Positions 26,963 to 40,599 of a DNA stretch of 64,000 bases are shown here, piece after piece. Origin of the DNA: Camelus dromedarius (taxonomy: Eukaryota); the NCBI RefSeq assembly GCF_036321535.1, contig NC_087437.1, positions 21,082,001 through 21,146,000 of the forward strand, given 5' to 3'. A model generated the notes under the pieces. The model did not search any database. It was not told where the DNA came from and worked only from the letters and a program-made list of their open reading frames with translations. Position 1 is the first letter of the stretch; each line of letters starts with the position of its first letter. The position numbers and the translations under genes are program-made.

Positions 26963-27128
26963 GGGGAGAAGGTATAGCTTGGTGGTAGAGCGCATGTTTA
27001 GCATGCATGAAGTCCTCTGTTCAATCTCCAGTACTTCCATTAAAAATAAACAAACCTAATTACCTCCCCCAACCAGAAAAATAAAAATAAATAAATAAAT
27101 AAACTTTTTAAAAATTAAAAAAAAAGGA
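26963..27128 (+). mobile_element. tRNA-derived SINE (Vic-1-like) inserted in L1
   Basis: tRNA-like head 'ggtatagcttggtggtagagcgcatg...gttcaatctcc', A-rich tail, TSD atacatact at 26954-26962 and 27129-27137. Confidence 0.88.
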
Positions 27129-28059
27129 ATACATACTCTATGCTTGCATTCATATGAAGTTCAAAAAACAGGTAAGGCTATAATGTTTATCATAAAATAG
27201 CTCTCAGGGAGGAGGAAGGAAGTGGAGATTGGAAGAGGGCATTGGTGCCCATTTTTCTCCTCTCTTGCCTTTTAAAAAAATCCCTAATTTTATTTATCCG
27301 AATGTGTTAAACTTATTTTATAATCTGCATTTAACAGTTTCAATAATCTGAATTAGGTTGGAGTCTGATACTGCTGACTCTTGATTCTACTGACTCTCAC
27401 TTATGGTGACATTTCTTTGTATGTTTTTGTGATTTATTTTTTACTGTAAACTCATATTTCCTGCAAAAAAAAAAAACAGTTGTGGCCACTCCTTGAGCTC
27501 TGATTTGAAGACCGCTTTCTCCAGAGAGGATCTGCATTTGCTTCTGCCACATACTCAGGATGCTGCCATCTCAGAGCTACGTGAAATTAAATTCTTGATC
27601 TGATGTTTCCTGGAACCATCCAGGTGATGTTAATTCAGGGTGCTAACCTGTGCTATGGCTAGTTTGTGAGTTCTCAGGGGTGTATTTTTTCCCATACACT
27701 CAGTATCAGTTTGAGATAGGCCACTTCCCTGGGATCCTTTGCGGAAGGCAGAGCTGGCTTTATTTCTAGTTCATCCTTACTCTGAGGGCATAGCACTATA
27801 GCTCACCTTATGTTTTGGGCCACATCTCTTTGCAGAATTTCCTACTGGACTCTTCACCTTGGGCTTAATCTATCCCCTAGACTGTATGATGCATGAAAAC
27901 CAAAGTTCAAATCTATTCCTTTACTGATATTCCTAAAGGGAAAGCTGGCTTCAGTGCCTTGTAACCCTTCTAGGTTCCCACTTTCTCTCATTTATTGTCT
28001 TTTGTGTATTCCTCACTAACCTACCAGTCAATCAACACATTTTAAAAAGATATTTTTAA

Positions 28060-28850
28060 AACTCTCAGATGAACACATGGAGGAAAACTATGAGACTGGA
28101 TTTGGCAACGATTTCTTGGATATGACACTAAAAGCACAGACAACAAAAGAAAAACTAGATGAATGGGACTACCTCAAAATGAAAAACTTCTGTGCATCAA
28201 ATGACAGAATCAACCGAGTGAAAAGGGAGACGATAATTGCAAATTCTATATCTGATAAGGGGTTAATATCCAGAATATATAAAGAACTCCCATAACTCTA
28301 CAACAAAAAACAACCTGATTTTAAAGTGGATAAAGGACTTGAATAGACATTCTCCAAAGAAGACATACTAATAACCAATAAGCAACTGAAAAGAAGTTCA
28401 ACATCATTAATTATTAGAGAAATGCAAATCAAAACCACAATGAGATACTCAACGTCATCGACTAGGATGGTTACTACCAAACAAAACAAAACAAAACAAA
28501 ATAACATATGGATGAACCCCCTGAGGAACTCATGCTAAGTGAAATAAGTTAGACACAAAAGGATAAATACTGTAGCATTCCACTTATAAGAGGTACCTAG
28601 AGAAGTCAAATTCATAGAGACAGAAAGTAGAATGGCAGTTGCCAGGGGTTTGAGGGAGGGGAGAATGGGAGCTTTTGTTTAATGGGTACAGAGTTTCAGA
28701 TTTGCAAGATGAAAAAAAGTTCTGGAGATGGATGGTGGTGAGGGTTGCACAACAATGTGAATATACTTAATGTCACTGAGCTGTACACTTGAAAGTGATT
28801 AAGATGGTAGATTGTAAGTGTATTTGACCACAATTTAAAAATAATTTTTA
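28060..28850 (+). mobile_element. 5'-truncated L1 (L1MB/MA-like) with TSD
   Basis: ORF 28077-28295 is an L1 ORF2 fragment (GFGNDFLDMT..KLDEWDYLKMKNFC). Flanking direct repeat aaaaagatatttt(t)aaa at ~28044 and ~28851. Confidence 0.8.
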
Positions 28851-29813
28851 AAAAAGATATTTTAAATATATAAGCAGAATTTCGGGTTGTTTTTATTCAG
28901 AGGGTAAGTCAGGGTACCCAGGCCATTCAAGCCAGAAAGAGAATGCTGTCCATTAAAAGTTAAAAGTTGAAAGTGATCCTTAGCAGTTCCTTAAAATGTA
29001 GCCCTCTGGGTAATCTGGAGGCTGCTGAGAAATTCTATCGAAGACAGCTGCGGTCTTGCCCGCAGCAGTAATGATGCCCAAGGGATGGCACTGCAAAGCA
29101 CTGGTTGAGATCTTTAGGACCTGGTCCAGAGTTTATTTTGCAGAGACCAACGTTAACATCAGCAGTGACGTGCCACATGGCCTCCTCTATCAAAAATGCA
29201 GCTTGAGAATCCGATCCAGCGCTCAAACCAACTAGATGTTCTTTCATTAAAGAGGCCTCAGGCACCAGCTCTGTAGTTAAGGTTGCAAGTGCTTTTTCAT
29301 TCCCAACCAAAGTATAATTTGGAATCCTCTCTCTGACCAACATGTCATTACCTCAAAAAACCCTAAATCCTCCCAACCCCATCAGAGCCTTTTTGAGGCT
29401 TAAATTCTGAACTGAAGGAATCCTCAGGTTGCGGTGATGCTAATTGCTAAAAGGTGTCCTTCACGATTTGTAGCTTTAAAATCCCTCTCCTATCAGTTAG
29501 GTGGGGATTTAAGTGTCACTGGGATCCTTTGTTACCACAAGAAATGACCTTCCCACAGACTCGTGCTTATATTGTGCTACAATATGTCCTATCTCACCAT
29601 CAAGCTTGGCATCTCCCATGTAATTCTTCAATGAGTCTTCATTTTAAAGGGAAATTATTTTGTTTTCATGCTACTTTCTCCTTGGGTAATTAGAACATTA
29701 TCTTAGAGTTAAAAATGTTGAGGAAATTAACATAAGTGACTTTAAAGTAACATACTAAGACACAGGGCATGTTGGTCTGCATAGTGTCAGAGCTCTTTAC
29801 CTTGTGTTCTCAG

Positions 29814-29959
29814 GCTTCGCTTCTGGAATCGAAGGGGCGCGCCTGCCCATTTACCACCCTCAAACTCATGGATTGCAGGATGGATGCGTGGTCTCTGGGG
29901 AGACTTGGGACAGCTCTGCAGTTCAGCAGTTTGCGTTCTCTCGTCCTCGATTACTGCAA
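29814..29959 (+). CDS. LRR protein coding exon 3
   Basis: ttctcag acceptor. ASLLESKGRACPFTTLKLMDCRMDAWSLGRLGTALQFSSLRSLVLDYC(K). Donor gtaagg, phase 0-2. Confidence 0.9.
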
Positions 29960-31966
29960 GTAAGGCTGGAACGCAGAGTTCCTTCATGGTCCTTCCTGCT
30001 CTAGGCTGGGGAGGCAAAGGCCGGGAGGGCAAAATTCTGGTTCCTTGTGCCTCATCAAGTCATCACTGAAAATGACACACCAAAACCTCCTTAGAGCTCT
30101 TGTTCCTGAGTAAATGGGGAGGTTCTCAAAAAGAGTCTCTTGTCATTCATTTATTCTTTCAACAAATATTTGTTGAAGGCCAGTTTGTACAAGACATGCG
30201 GCTCGTTGCTAAGGAAGATACAGGTATATTTAAGGCAATGCAGCTGTCTGAGGGAGTCTTTGGTACAACACAGAGAGGAGACATGCTCTTGATTATGTCT
30301 AATGCAAGGCAGAAAGATGTCCATCCACAGTTTAGGGGTGGGGGGGTTGCATAAGAGAAACCAGAATTCCTTAGGTGATGGGTCAATATTCACCAGGGGA
30401 GGAGAGGAAAGGTATGATGCTACAGAGGAGCAAAGCAAGACCTTCAGAGGACCGGGCAGGGGAGGTCAGGGGTAGTGATGATAATAATAATAGTATCAGC
30501 TAATGGTTACTGAGAGCTTACTGTGTGCCAAGCAGTGCATGGATTTTTCTCATTTATTCTTTCAACAGTAGATAGATATGTATCATTACATATAGATGTA
30601 TGATACATAATGATAGATACATACCATTTTTATCCCTTGAGTATAGGTGAGGAAAAATTTAGGGGGATTAATTGGCTTGTTCAAGGTCATTCAGCTCATG
30701 GGGTTGGAGCCTAGATGTGAATCCAGCTGCCTGAATCAGAGCCCTCCTCTGACCCATGATAGTAGATTGCTGGGGTCTATAATTTACCATCCATAAATAA
30801 TTGCAAACTGCTTGTGTGATCTGGGGTAGGTCATGCAAACTCTCTGACCTATACTGAGATGATCTCTTCCACTTCCCATGTCTGTGATTCCATGACTCTT
30901 CCCATAGAGCCAAGTGGTACCTTGTACTCAAAAGGCCAGTGGACTGTGAAGTGAGATGAGTCATGCCTGAGAAGTGGTACCACAGTGACAAACAGGCCCC
31001 ATAAAAGGACTAGGGTCTTACTAGGGCCCTGGTGGTGACATGGGACAAGTCCATCAGCAAAAGCTGGGGAGAGTGAATATTCTGTGGAGGTCCTCCAGGT
31101 TTCTGAAATGCTGGGAGGAGCTTTAGCCACGGCCTCCTAACACAGGGCAGCAGAAGGATTAGGGTCCCTGGGACACCACGCCATGAGTGCACAATCTGCC
31201 ACGGAGTCTCCCTAGCTCCCCTATTGGACCAGGCAGAAACAGCCCCACTGCTAAGAGATCCCTCTAGACTCCAGCTCCTGTGCTGGACCCAGAGACATGT
31301 ACTGTGGGAAGAATGAAGGAACTCCCATCTCAAGGAAACAGCTTATTTTAATTGACAGCTGAAATCCTGTGGCTGCTAAGATGCCTGGAGTTGTCAGGGT
31401 GTGGGAGCTGGGAATCACCACTGAGACCTCAGCACTGGTCAGACTGTAGGTTACCAGCCTCTGGGGGACTGGAGTTCTTCCCTCATTGTCTTCCCTGATA
31501 GGCTGTGAAGTTCAGTGGGCAGGGTGCCCCTTTTCTCATACACGGCTGCATCCCCACAGCCATCACGGTAGCTGGCCCTCAATAATTACTTGTTGAATGA
31601 ATTAATAAATTTTAAGTTATTTCTATTAATTCTACTCACCTCACTTTAAAGTTCAAGCCTTGACATTCCAAATTCCCTAAAGATGCCCTTTACCTCACTG
31701 GCCCTCGGCTTCTGACCTAACACCTGCCTACCACCAGAGGCTGCTGCTGGCATGAATGAGACGATGGGTGTGATTTCACTTTGCAAACTTACTCCTCCAC
31801 TCCCAGGCTGCCCACCTCCACCATCTCTGCCCACCCCCACAGCCAGCCCTGGCCCTAGGACCAGCAAGAGTGCCTCTAACTTCCCTGGGTAGTGTCTTAA
31901 AATTAATAATCCAATGGGTGACGTGGTTTTAAAAGTTACTTATTTGCTCCTATCATTTCTTTTCAG

Positions 31967-32107
31967 ATTTGGAAATGAAGAAATTGAGAGTATTTTCTCA
32001 GGCCTGGAGAACAACCAGAGGCTTCGAGACCTCAGCCTGCGCTTCTGTGGCCTGGGGCCGCAGAGTGGGCCAAGGCTGGGCTCTGCCATGTGCCAGAGTG
32101 CGGTCCG
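31967..32107 (+). CDS. LRR protein coding exon 4
   Basis: tttcttttcag acceptor. FGNEEIESIFSGLENNQRLRDLSLRFCGLGPQSGPRLGSAMCQSAV(R). Donor gtgagg, phase 2-2. Confidence 0.92.
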
Positions 32108-32504
32108 GTGAGGAGGCCCACTCCCCGCCACCCCCACATCTCCACACCATTCTGTCTTGAATCATGTAGCCAGTTATGCACACAGCCTACTAGACCATGG
32201 GTCCCCTTGATTTTTCACTATGTTTTGAATCATCTTTTCCCCCTGTAGTTATTTTTGTTTTTCTTTATTATAAGAGAAAGATCCTTTAGTTACGCTTGCA
32301 AATCGAGGATGTTGTCCTAAATGCACGTTTTTGGCCAGATGACATGGTCACTCGTTCTATTTTTTCTGACATAGTCTATTATTTATTATGGTTATTTATT
32401 ATTTTATAACTAGGTCTATTATTTTATGAGGTGAAGACCTCAATTCCAAATTTGAGAAAGTGGAAATAAGGTCAAATGAACAGTGTATTTTGTCCCTTCC
32501 CCAG

Positions 32505-32650
32505 TGAGCTGCACCTGGATGGCAATTACCTGCAATGTTCTGGAGCTCTGGGGCTCCTCAGGCCCATAGCGGAGTATGTAGACATGCAGGGGAAGGACCA
32601 GCCAGCCACTGCCCCACCAGACACCAGGAATCCCCCTCAGCCGTTCCAAG
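32505..32650 (+). CDS. LRR protein coding exon 5
   Basis: cttccccag acceptor. ELHLDGNYLQCSGALGLLRPIAEYVDMQGKDQPATAPPDTRNPPQPFQ. Donor AAG|gtaagc, phase 2-1. Confidence 0.92.
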
Positions 32651-32769
32651 GTAAGCAATGGGGAACTTCGCCCTAAACTCTGTTGGTGCCACCTAAAAGA
32701 AGAAGAATTTGCTTTGTGATTAAAAGTGACCTTCCCAGTGATCCATGGAGACTCTTCTTCCTGAGAATG

Positions 32770-33130
32770 TATGGGAGCAGAATGACAGAACCCCAAAGAT
32801 GTCTTTGTCCCAATCTTCAGAACTGGTAACTATGTTACCTCACATAATAAAAGGATCATTATAAGAAGGCAAGTGGGCCAGAGTCAGAGAGAGGGAGATG
32901 TCACAATGGAAGGAAAGGTTGGAGTGAAGTGAGGAAGGGGCCATGAGCCAAGGAATGTAGGTTGGAGCTGGAAAGGTCAAGGAAACGAATTCTTCCCCAG
33001 AGCCTCCAAAAGGAATGCAGCTCTGCCAATGCCCTGACCTTTGTCCATAAGACCCATTGGACTTCTGACTCCCAGAACTGTAAGACAATAACCTTGTACT
33101 GTTTTAAGCAGTAAGTTTGTGATCAAACAG
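32770..33130. mobile_element. MaLR (MLT1-like) LTR
   Basis: 'ggccatgagccaaggaatgtagg', 'gacttctgactcccagaactgtaagacaataa' motifs. Confidence 0.7.
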
Positions 33131-33709
33131 TCCATTGAGGGAGGGGCCAGACACTGCAATGGGCAACCCCACCAGAATCACACAACTTGCATCAGGGAAG
33201 GCGCAGTCCCTTCAGAGAAGTAGACAGATGAGGAAGACAGATGCAGGACAGATGAGAACAACAGCTGCTTACTTCCCTATAAAAGGCTTACCATTTGTTT
33301 AATAGATCCCAAGTACACATACTCATGATGCATTTTAAAGCTGACTGCTTTTAATCACTGGTTACAGTAAACCATAGCAAGTGGCTCATAGCACAGACTT
33401 AGAGTCAGACCTAGGTTCAAATCCTTCTCCAGCTGTTCATGACTTTGGGCAAATTATCAAACTGATCTAACTTCAGCTTCTTCAGCTACAAAATAAACAA
33501 AATGGTAACTAGCCCCTGGCGTTGAGTGAGGACTAAATGATGTAAAGTAGTCAGCATGGTGCCTTACACACAATAAGTACTTGAGGGGTGTATTATCATC
33601 AGCACCTTCATCATTATTGTTACAGCAACCACCTTTTCCTAGGAGAGGAAAATCTTGAAGCATGTTAGGGAACACAGTTACTCTAACTGCTGGGAAAAAA
33701 ATGAAGATA

Positions 33710-33950
33710 AAGAACTGAAGTCTAGTGTACAACATGGTGACTACAGTTAACAATACTGTATTGCATATTTGAAAGCTGCTGAGTAGATATTAAAAGTTCT
33801 CATCACAAGAAAAAATATTTGTGGCTATGTGGTGATGGATGTTAACTGGACTTATTGTAGTTGTCAGATCACAATACGTACAAATATCGAATCATTATGT
33901 GATACACCTGAAGCTAGTATAATGTTTATGTCAATTATATCTCAGTGAAA
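33710..33950 (+). mobile_element. L1MA-type 3' end
   Basis: 'tacaacatggtgactacagttaacaatactgtattg...tatgtcaattatatctca'. Confidence 0.7.
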
Positions 33951-34854
33951 GTTACTGAAATATAATTATATACCAACGTGCCTTATTTTTTTTTTAAAAA
34001 AAAGCTGAAGTCAAAGCTCCTTTGTGGAAATGAATGCGAAGAATTTATAATTAACAGAGATTCATTAAATACAAGAGTTATCCCTCATTTAGGAACTTGC
34101 ACAGTATCAGAATTATATAGGTTATTTGTTGAATTTGATAATTCAAGTCAACACAATAAATATATAAAAGGAAGCTGGGAAGGGATGTCTGTCATCAAAT
34201 ATTATTTTCCCTCTGCTATATTTACCAACATTCCTATAAAAAGCCATAGTCCCATTTATAAAGTCCTGTACTATAAAGTTCAGATCTAAATAAGTGAATC
34301 TATGATTTTCAAAAAAATAATTGGAAATGTGAAAGTACCATCTCCAAGGACTGGAGTGTGGCAGGCAGGGACAGGTGTGAGAGGTGTGGGATTGGAAAGG
34401 TAAGAAATGACAAGGATATAAGGAAGAAACGTGGAGCTCTCTTATTCTGGTTGTTCCAAGTGGTTTCTGCTGAAAAGGCCATTAAGGCTTAATCTTAAGG
34501 GTTCTGGATTTGTTTTCCTAGAGCGCCAAAAAAGCCAGGGTCACAGCTGACTGCCGAGAGGCCTGCCCTGTCTTTCCTTCCATTCTTCACAAGCAGCCCT
34601 GAACAGGGTGGAAACTACCCCAGCCGGGCCGGGCCCTGCGGTCAGTGCTCAGCATACAGAACCACTTTTAAGTTGCTCTCATCACTCAGATCTCAGCAGT
34701 ACAACAAAACCCACTTAACAAGTACCTTTCTAGGCTCTTCCTCCCCTGAGGCTAACTGTGACAGTCTCTAACATTCACGTTCATTCACATCAACCTTGAT
34801 CTCTATCCAGTTCAGCTGGTGCATTTTAGCTACTCTGCACTCTTCTGTTAACTT

Positions 34855-35880
34855 TATTAGTCTGCGCAGGCTGCCAAAACAGAACACCGCAGGCTGGGGG
34901 GGCTTAAACAACAGGTTTATTTTCTGGAAGTTTGGAGGCCAGAAGTCCCAGATCAAATGCTAGCTGCTCTGGTTCGTGGTACGGGCTCTCTTCCTGGCTA
35001 GCTGATGGCTACCCTTTAACTGTGTCCTCATGTGGTCTTTTCTATGTGTTGCACGCAAGATAGAGCAAGCTCTCTGGTGTCTAATAAGAACACTGATCCT
35101 ATCTGATCAGGGCCCACTGCTGTGACCTCATTTACCTCAGTTACCTCTGCAGAGGCCTCATCTCCAAATACAGCCATACTGGGGGTTCAACCCAGTTTGT
35201 TGCAAGACAGGTTTGCAAAGGGCAGGGACAAGGGCAGCTCCAGGAGTCTCACAGGATGCACGAGGTTGCTGGAGGAGGGTGCCAGATTCCTTGGTTCAAG
35301 GATCACATTTGAGAGGACTCGGGTCCCACACCCACCTGTGGCTGGTAAGATACCACAATCATTTTTATTGCCACATATGCCTCTTTTTTCATTTATGGCC
35401 AATCCTGCTGGCAAAAAAAAAAAAAAAAGTGAAATGAAGGCAGGAAAACTGCCTGAGCAGAGGGCAATCTAGTTCTGAAACAGAAGCACTTTTACTCTGG
35501 GCTGGCATGTACATTACTGTTATGGACTGAATGTTTGTGTCCCCCCAGAATTCACAGGTTGAAGTCCTACTCCCTGAGGTGATGATATTAGGAGGTAGGA
35601 CCTTTGAGAGGTGATTAGGTCATGAAGGTCAAGCCATCCTGAATGGGATTAGTGCCCTTACAAAAGAGACCCCAGAGTGTTTCCTCACCCCTCCTGCCAC
35701 ATGAGCTTATAGCAAGAAGACAACCATGTGTGAACAAGGAAGCGGGCTGTCATCGGACTCTGAATCTGCTGGCACCTGGATCCTGGACTTCCCAGTCTCC
35801 AGAGCTGTGAGGAGTAATGTTTGTTGTTTATAAGACACCCAGTGTGTGGTGTTTTGTTACAGCGGCCCAAATGCCCTGAG
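34855..35880. mobile_element. Two MaLR LTRs in opposite orientation (~34855-35190, ~35517-35880)
   Basis: 'ggaggccagaagtcccagatcaa' and 'tgttatggactgaatgtttgtgtcccc...gttttgttacagcggccc' motifs. Confidence 0.65.
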
Positions 35881-36169
35881 ACCCAGAGTACACACAGCCT
35901 TCTCAGTGGCTGTGTTTGAGGGGTTGTGGGTGGTATTTTTAAATGTCCAGATTCTCACTTTCCATAAGGACACAGTAACTGTGGTTAATATCCTTGGTCA
36001 CAATTATCATTCTACTTGGCAAAAGAAAGACACACTCCTCTCCCATCCAGTATCTGAGCAGAATATTTCTCCTAGGATACAAAAACAAAGTGACAATTCA
36101 AAGTATTGAATGTAAGTGTTAAGAAAATGAATGACTCTAATAATTCAATGATTTCATTTTTTACACATC

Positions 36170-37265
36170 AGGTGGCTTCCACTCTTCGCTTTTAACACAA
36201 CTGAAGGAGGACACTGACAGATCACTTAAAAAGATTTTTTTGATCAAACACTATATAATTTTTAGCTTATAACTCAGGAGTTTAAAGCATTGAATAATAC
36301 TGCTGTGATAAAGCTCCTTCTAGGATTTATTTGGATTTTAGATGAAAAACAATTTATTATGAGTATGTTCCATGTAATGTTTGTGATACACTTTAAACAT
36401 TATTATTCTTTGTTTATCTGACATTTAAACTGAACTGGTTGTCCTGTATTGGGGGGACAAGGGAGGCTAAATCTGACAACCCTATTATTCCATTCCCATC
36501 TATGTGAACAAGATTTCTCAGCTGTTACAATAACAATGAAAACCAGGAAAAGCATTGATGCTGCAGTCTGCCTCAGCTTAGCAGTAACATTCTTTCATGA
36601 ATACATAAACTAATTACAAAGGCAAATAAATATAACAGCACCACCCATCTCTTTGGGAGAGGTGGTCAATAAAATTTTACTTTTGTATTTAATTAGGATT
36701 TATCAAAATATATAAAATACGTATGTTGTATTAATTTCATAGTTCTAAAATTGGTTAATAACTATGGAAGAATTTTTAATACTTTAGAGGCTTATGATCT
36801 CAAGAAATTGTTAAAATCTAAATATTTGTAAATGTAGCAATTTTATTACAGAGAAGTATTACAAGATGACCAATAAACGACTTTCAAATATAAAATTCTG
36901 CACAGTTGGTAGAATGGAAATACCAATAAAAAAAAAAAAACAAGAAAAAATGGAATCATGTAAAATTTTCAGCCACTCAAAAAGAACTGCTCATGTCTTG
37001 GGCTGTCTGAGATTTCTAACTGGATGATGGTGGGTAGCAGAGTGCTTGGAATTTAGATTACATCTGATACACTTAAGAGAATGGTATAACAGATTTTATT
37101 TTGAAACATCAATATTTGCCATATGCTAGAAATTTCATCCTTTGAAATTTTAAAACTTATGCTGTATAAGTTTAGATACCAAACTAAAAATGTACAAGAT
37201 TATACATAGCTTTACCATATTCCTCTAGGATGTTATGAGAGTAAAAATGTTTTGAGGACACTGGT
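36170..37265 (+). mobile_element. Decayed hAT-Charlie DNA transposon fragment
   Basis: Remnant resembling a hAT transposase C-terminus ('tgtgaacaagatttctcagc', C-E-x-x-F-S) and terminal 'tttgaggacactg'. Confidence 0.45.
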
Positions 37266-38744
37266 TTGTAAGGCCCAAATGTTTGATCTTCTCTCCTGTT
37301 CTGTGAGCTACTCCCAGGCCTTCTAGTAACTTCCTCTTCTTGCTTTCTGCTGCCAACCACCAAAGAGGCACGGATGCCTCACTATCCAATGACAAGTTTT
37401 TCTTAATTACTTGTTATAATGTGTAAAATACAGTCTTAGTAATGACCCTCCCTCCTTCCTTCTTTCATTGTGTGTGTGCGTGCACCTGTGTCTCTCCTTA
37501 CAAACATTAGAGCATAAAGCAAAGATCCCTGCCCCTGAGGAGAGGGCTGGGAACGCTGTATGCTCGTGGGTGTGTGTACATGTGTGTACATGTGGAGTGG
37601 GGGGAGTCAGACAATTTTTAAAAGGCATAATAAATCTATACCTGCTATAGTTTATTAGGAGGTGATAACTGCTATTAAAAAAGGGGGAAATTGAGCAAGA
37701 TAAGCAAGTGTGGGAATCTGGGGAAGGAAAAGATGATTGCGGTATTATTTTATTTTATTTTATTCCCCAAATCCAAATAGCTTTGTTGTTTGCTAACTTT
37801 AGGGTTCATACACACACACGCGCGCACACATGCACACACACACTTTCATGAGCCAGTATACTGATACTAAAATTTCTTAGAAGTGGAATTATAGGGCCAA
37901 AAGGCACATAAATTCAGGGTGTGATTTTAAATAGATGGTTAAGTGTAGGCCTCCTTGAAAAGGTGGCATTTGTGAACAGACACAGGAGATCAGGGAGTGA
38001 GCTTGTGGATAAACAAGGAGCATTCCAGGCAGAGGGCACAGTTGGCACCAAGGCCCCAAAGCCTGTGCACAAGGAGCAGGTGCCTGGACAGTAACAGGGG
38101 TAAGGGGGCCGAGGGCCTTGTTAGCCTGGAAGGAGCAGAGGGGTCAGGACTCAGTTGGGTCTTAGGTTTGAGAAGGACCCCTCAGTCTGTGTGGGGGTGG
38201 AGGGCTACGGGGAGGCTGCTGTCATCCAGGTGAGAGGTGGTGGTGAGAGGTGAGGGGTGTCAATCCAGGTGGGATGAGGGCAGTAGCAGAGGTCAGGTTC
38301 TACATCTACACCATTTCCTGATGGATGGGACATGGAGTGCAAGAGAAAGGGAAAGAAGGGTCCAGAAGGACTGCAGAGCAGTAACATACTAACATGTTTT
38401 TAAACATGCCAAAAATGTGTTCCTCTCTGCTACATCCTTACTAATTCCTGATACTGGAGCCGCTTTTATAGAGGGCACCTGCGGAACAAAGGAGAATTTA
38501 CAAAAGTCCCTGCAGGACGAGTCTTGGGGCCCTGCTTGGTCGCATGTTCTCCTCAAGCCTGTGAGGGGAGAAACGTGAAAAAGACTGAAGTGAAGTCAAC
38601 GGGGTGGGTAATTCTCTCTTATGAGAAATATCTCGGTCCTAAGTGCACATAAGATGAAGGCAATAACCAATATCAAAGTGCATCCAAAACCCACTCATGC
38701 AACTTTGAACTGGCTGTTTTTTAATCTTTTTTTCCCCCATACAG

Positions 38745-38840
38745 CCAGACAGAGAGCAAGTTCAGCTTTGAACCAGATAAGAAAGCCATCTGGAGCTGTA
38801 ACAGTGAAAACCACTTCTGGGAAGAAAAAGAGAAAAAAAG
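38745..38840 (+). CDS. LRR protein coding exon 6 (basic insert, symmetric phase 1-1)
   Basis: Long polypyrimidine tract + acag. (A)RQRASSALNQIRKPSGAVTVKTTSGKKKRKK. Donor AAG|gtattt. 96 nt. Confidence 0.72.
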
Positions 38841-40599
38841 GTATTTTTGTTGTTGTTTCAACTATTCCTCCCACTTCCTTCATCTTGTAAATCACTTCCT
38901 TCCTTCCATAGACTGTGTGTTCCCCCTGCTAAAGTAATTACCCCAAAATCAAGTGGAGAAAAAGAAGACTAAGCGTCTGATGGCTTCATATAAACCCAAT
39001 ACAGAACAGTTTAGCCATATCTGCCAGGGGAATTTGTCTTTGGCACATTCAAAAAGGCCAAAAAAACAAGCATGGGAATATCTCTGCAATAAATAGCCAG
39101 CAGGACCTGATAAATTCAGCCTGGAGGCTTTTCTCCTATGCTCACTACTTAGAAGCAGACATTGAGTCATTGAGAGGGAATTTTAAGAAATCACCAACTC
39201 CATAACCTCCGAGCAGGATTAAGCTAAGTGAGAAGCTGTCTAAGTAGCAAAGGTTTGCAGCTAAATGTTACGGAACCAGGATTCTGTTCCCAGCACTTGT
39301 CCCGATGCCTGGTCTCAGCATCCTATTCTGAGGACCTTGTGCTCACACCTTCTTGAATTCTACTCCAGCTTTAATATTTTGAAGTTATAATGAGACAGCA
39401 CAAGATGACCCATCACTGGGCGTGTCATGAGCACAGTCTTTGGGAAACTCCACGTGGAGGCCAACCTAAACTTGTGCTGTTCTGTTTTAGTCCACTTCTT
39501 GTGTTTGTTTGTTTATAGAAGGCAACAGGCCCTTATAGTGAAGCTCTTTACCTGTTGGCTTTTTCTTCCTCAATTTTAACCTGTTCTTGTGTGGTCTTTT
39601 TCTGTCCTTGAATTATCCTTGTATCTCTTGTATGAATTCTCAGTGAATTAGAAAGATACAACTTTTATAAGCTAAAAAGCCACATGAAAAGATAAAGTGA
39701 GAATTTATCAGACTCCGGCTCTGTTGTCTGATGTAAGTACAGTCTTTCCACTGGATAGTGCTAGTAGATTTAGGAAAATTTACTAAAAGGGGGAAAGATG
39801 GGGGGGGGAGAGGAAGGAGGGGGAGGAATGTGGGAGGCTGTGGGGGGAGGGGAGGATGCTAGGTTATCATTTGTTTTAGACAGTTTCCATTTGGGAATGC
39901 TTTCAACCAAGAATGCTTTCAGAGGAGTTGGTTTGGGTTCCTGTGAGGATGAGGATGATTAGAGTCTGCAAGACAGGTAGCCATAGAAAGGGCAGTCCTT
40001 ACACTGGGCCAGATGACACCTGAGGGGAGAGGACTGCTGGCTCACTAATTCTAACTCTGCATCTGGACTTTACAGAAAGTGGCAGCAAGGACAAAGACTG
40101 AGTGTCTGTATCATGCTGTGCAGTCAAGTTGGCATTGCATAAAGACCAAAAGGACAAAATCTATCTGGGAACTTCAAGGCTTCTCAAAGCCCAGAGAGAG
40201 GCTCTGACCACTTCTATTTGTTGAGCTACCTGAGCTAAAATTTTTTTAAGTTAATTAATGGCAAAGGTTTTTAAATGCATAACATTTGAAGTCCTTGCAT
40301 TTAACAGGCCAACTCTTCTGACACACATAAAATCACAGGAAATGCACACATAACCTCATTAGACGATGACACCAGAGTCTGAATGTGAGGTCCTTCTCAA
40401 ATATGACTCCCCCTGTGTGCCACTCCCCACTCAAGCCCCCATACCCCCACCCTTAAGCAGACCCTGGAGATTTTAAATCCTTATAAAAGGTGGCTCATTT
40501 AAGGGAAAAGTTAAAAAAAAATAAGAAAAAAGAAAAAAGCAATACAATTATTCATCCTTCAGCTTTTAAATAATAGCTCTGTTGCAAACCACAGAGGGA

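Larger units (their letters stand above)
25990..27250 (+). mobile_element. Old L1 3' portion (contains a GT microsatellite and a SINE)
   Basis: L1 ORF2 end and 3'UTR motifs ('gatccagcaattccactc', 'aatagccaagaactggaagcaaccaaatgtc'). Confidence 0.75.

Noticed and set aside
29035..29343. 102-aa minus-strand ORF in an intron of the LRR gene
   Set aside because: No recognisable domain or splice context, and the length is compatible with chance.
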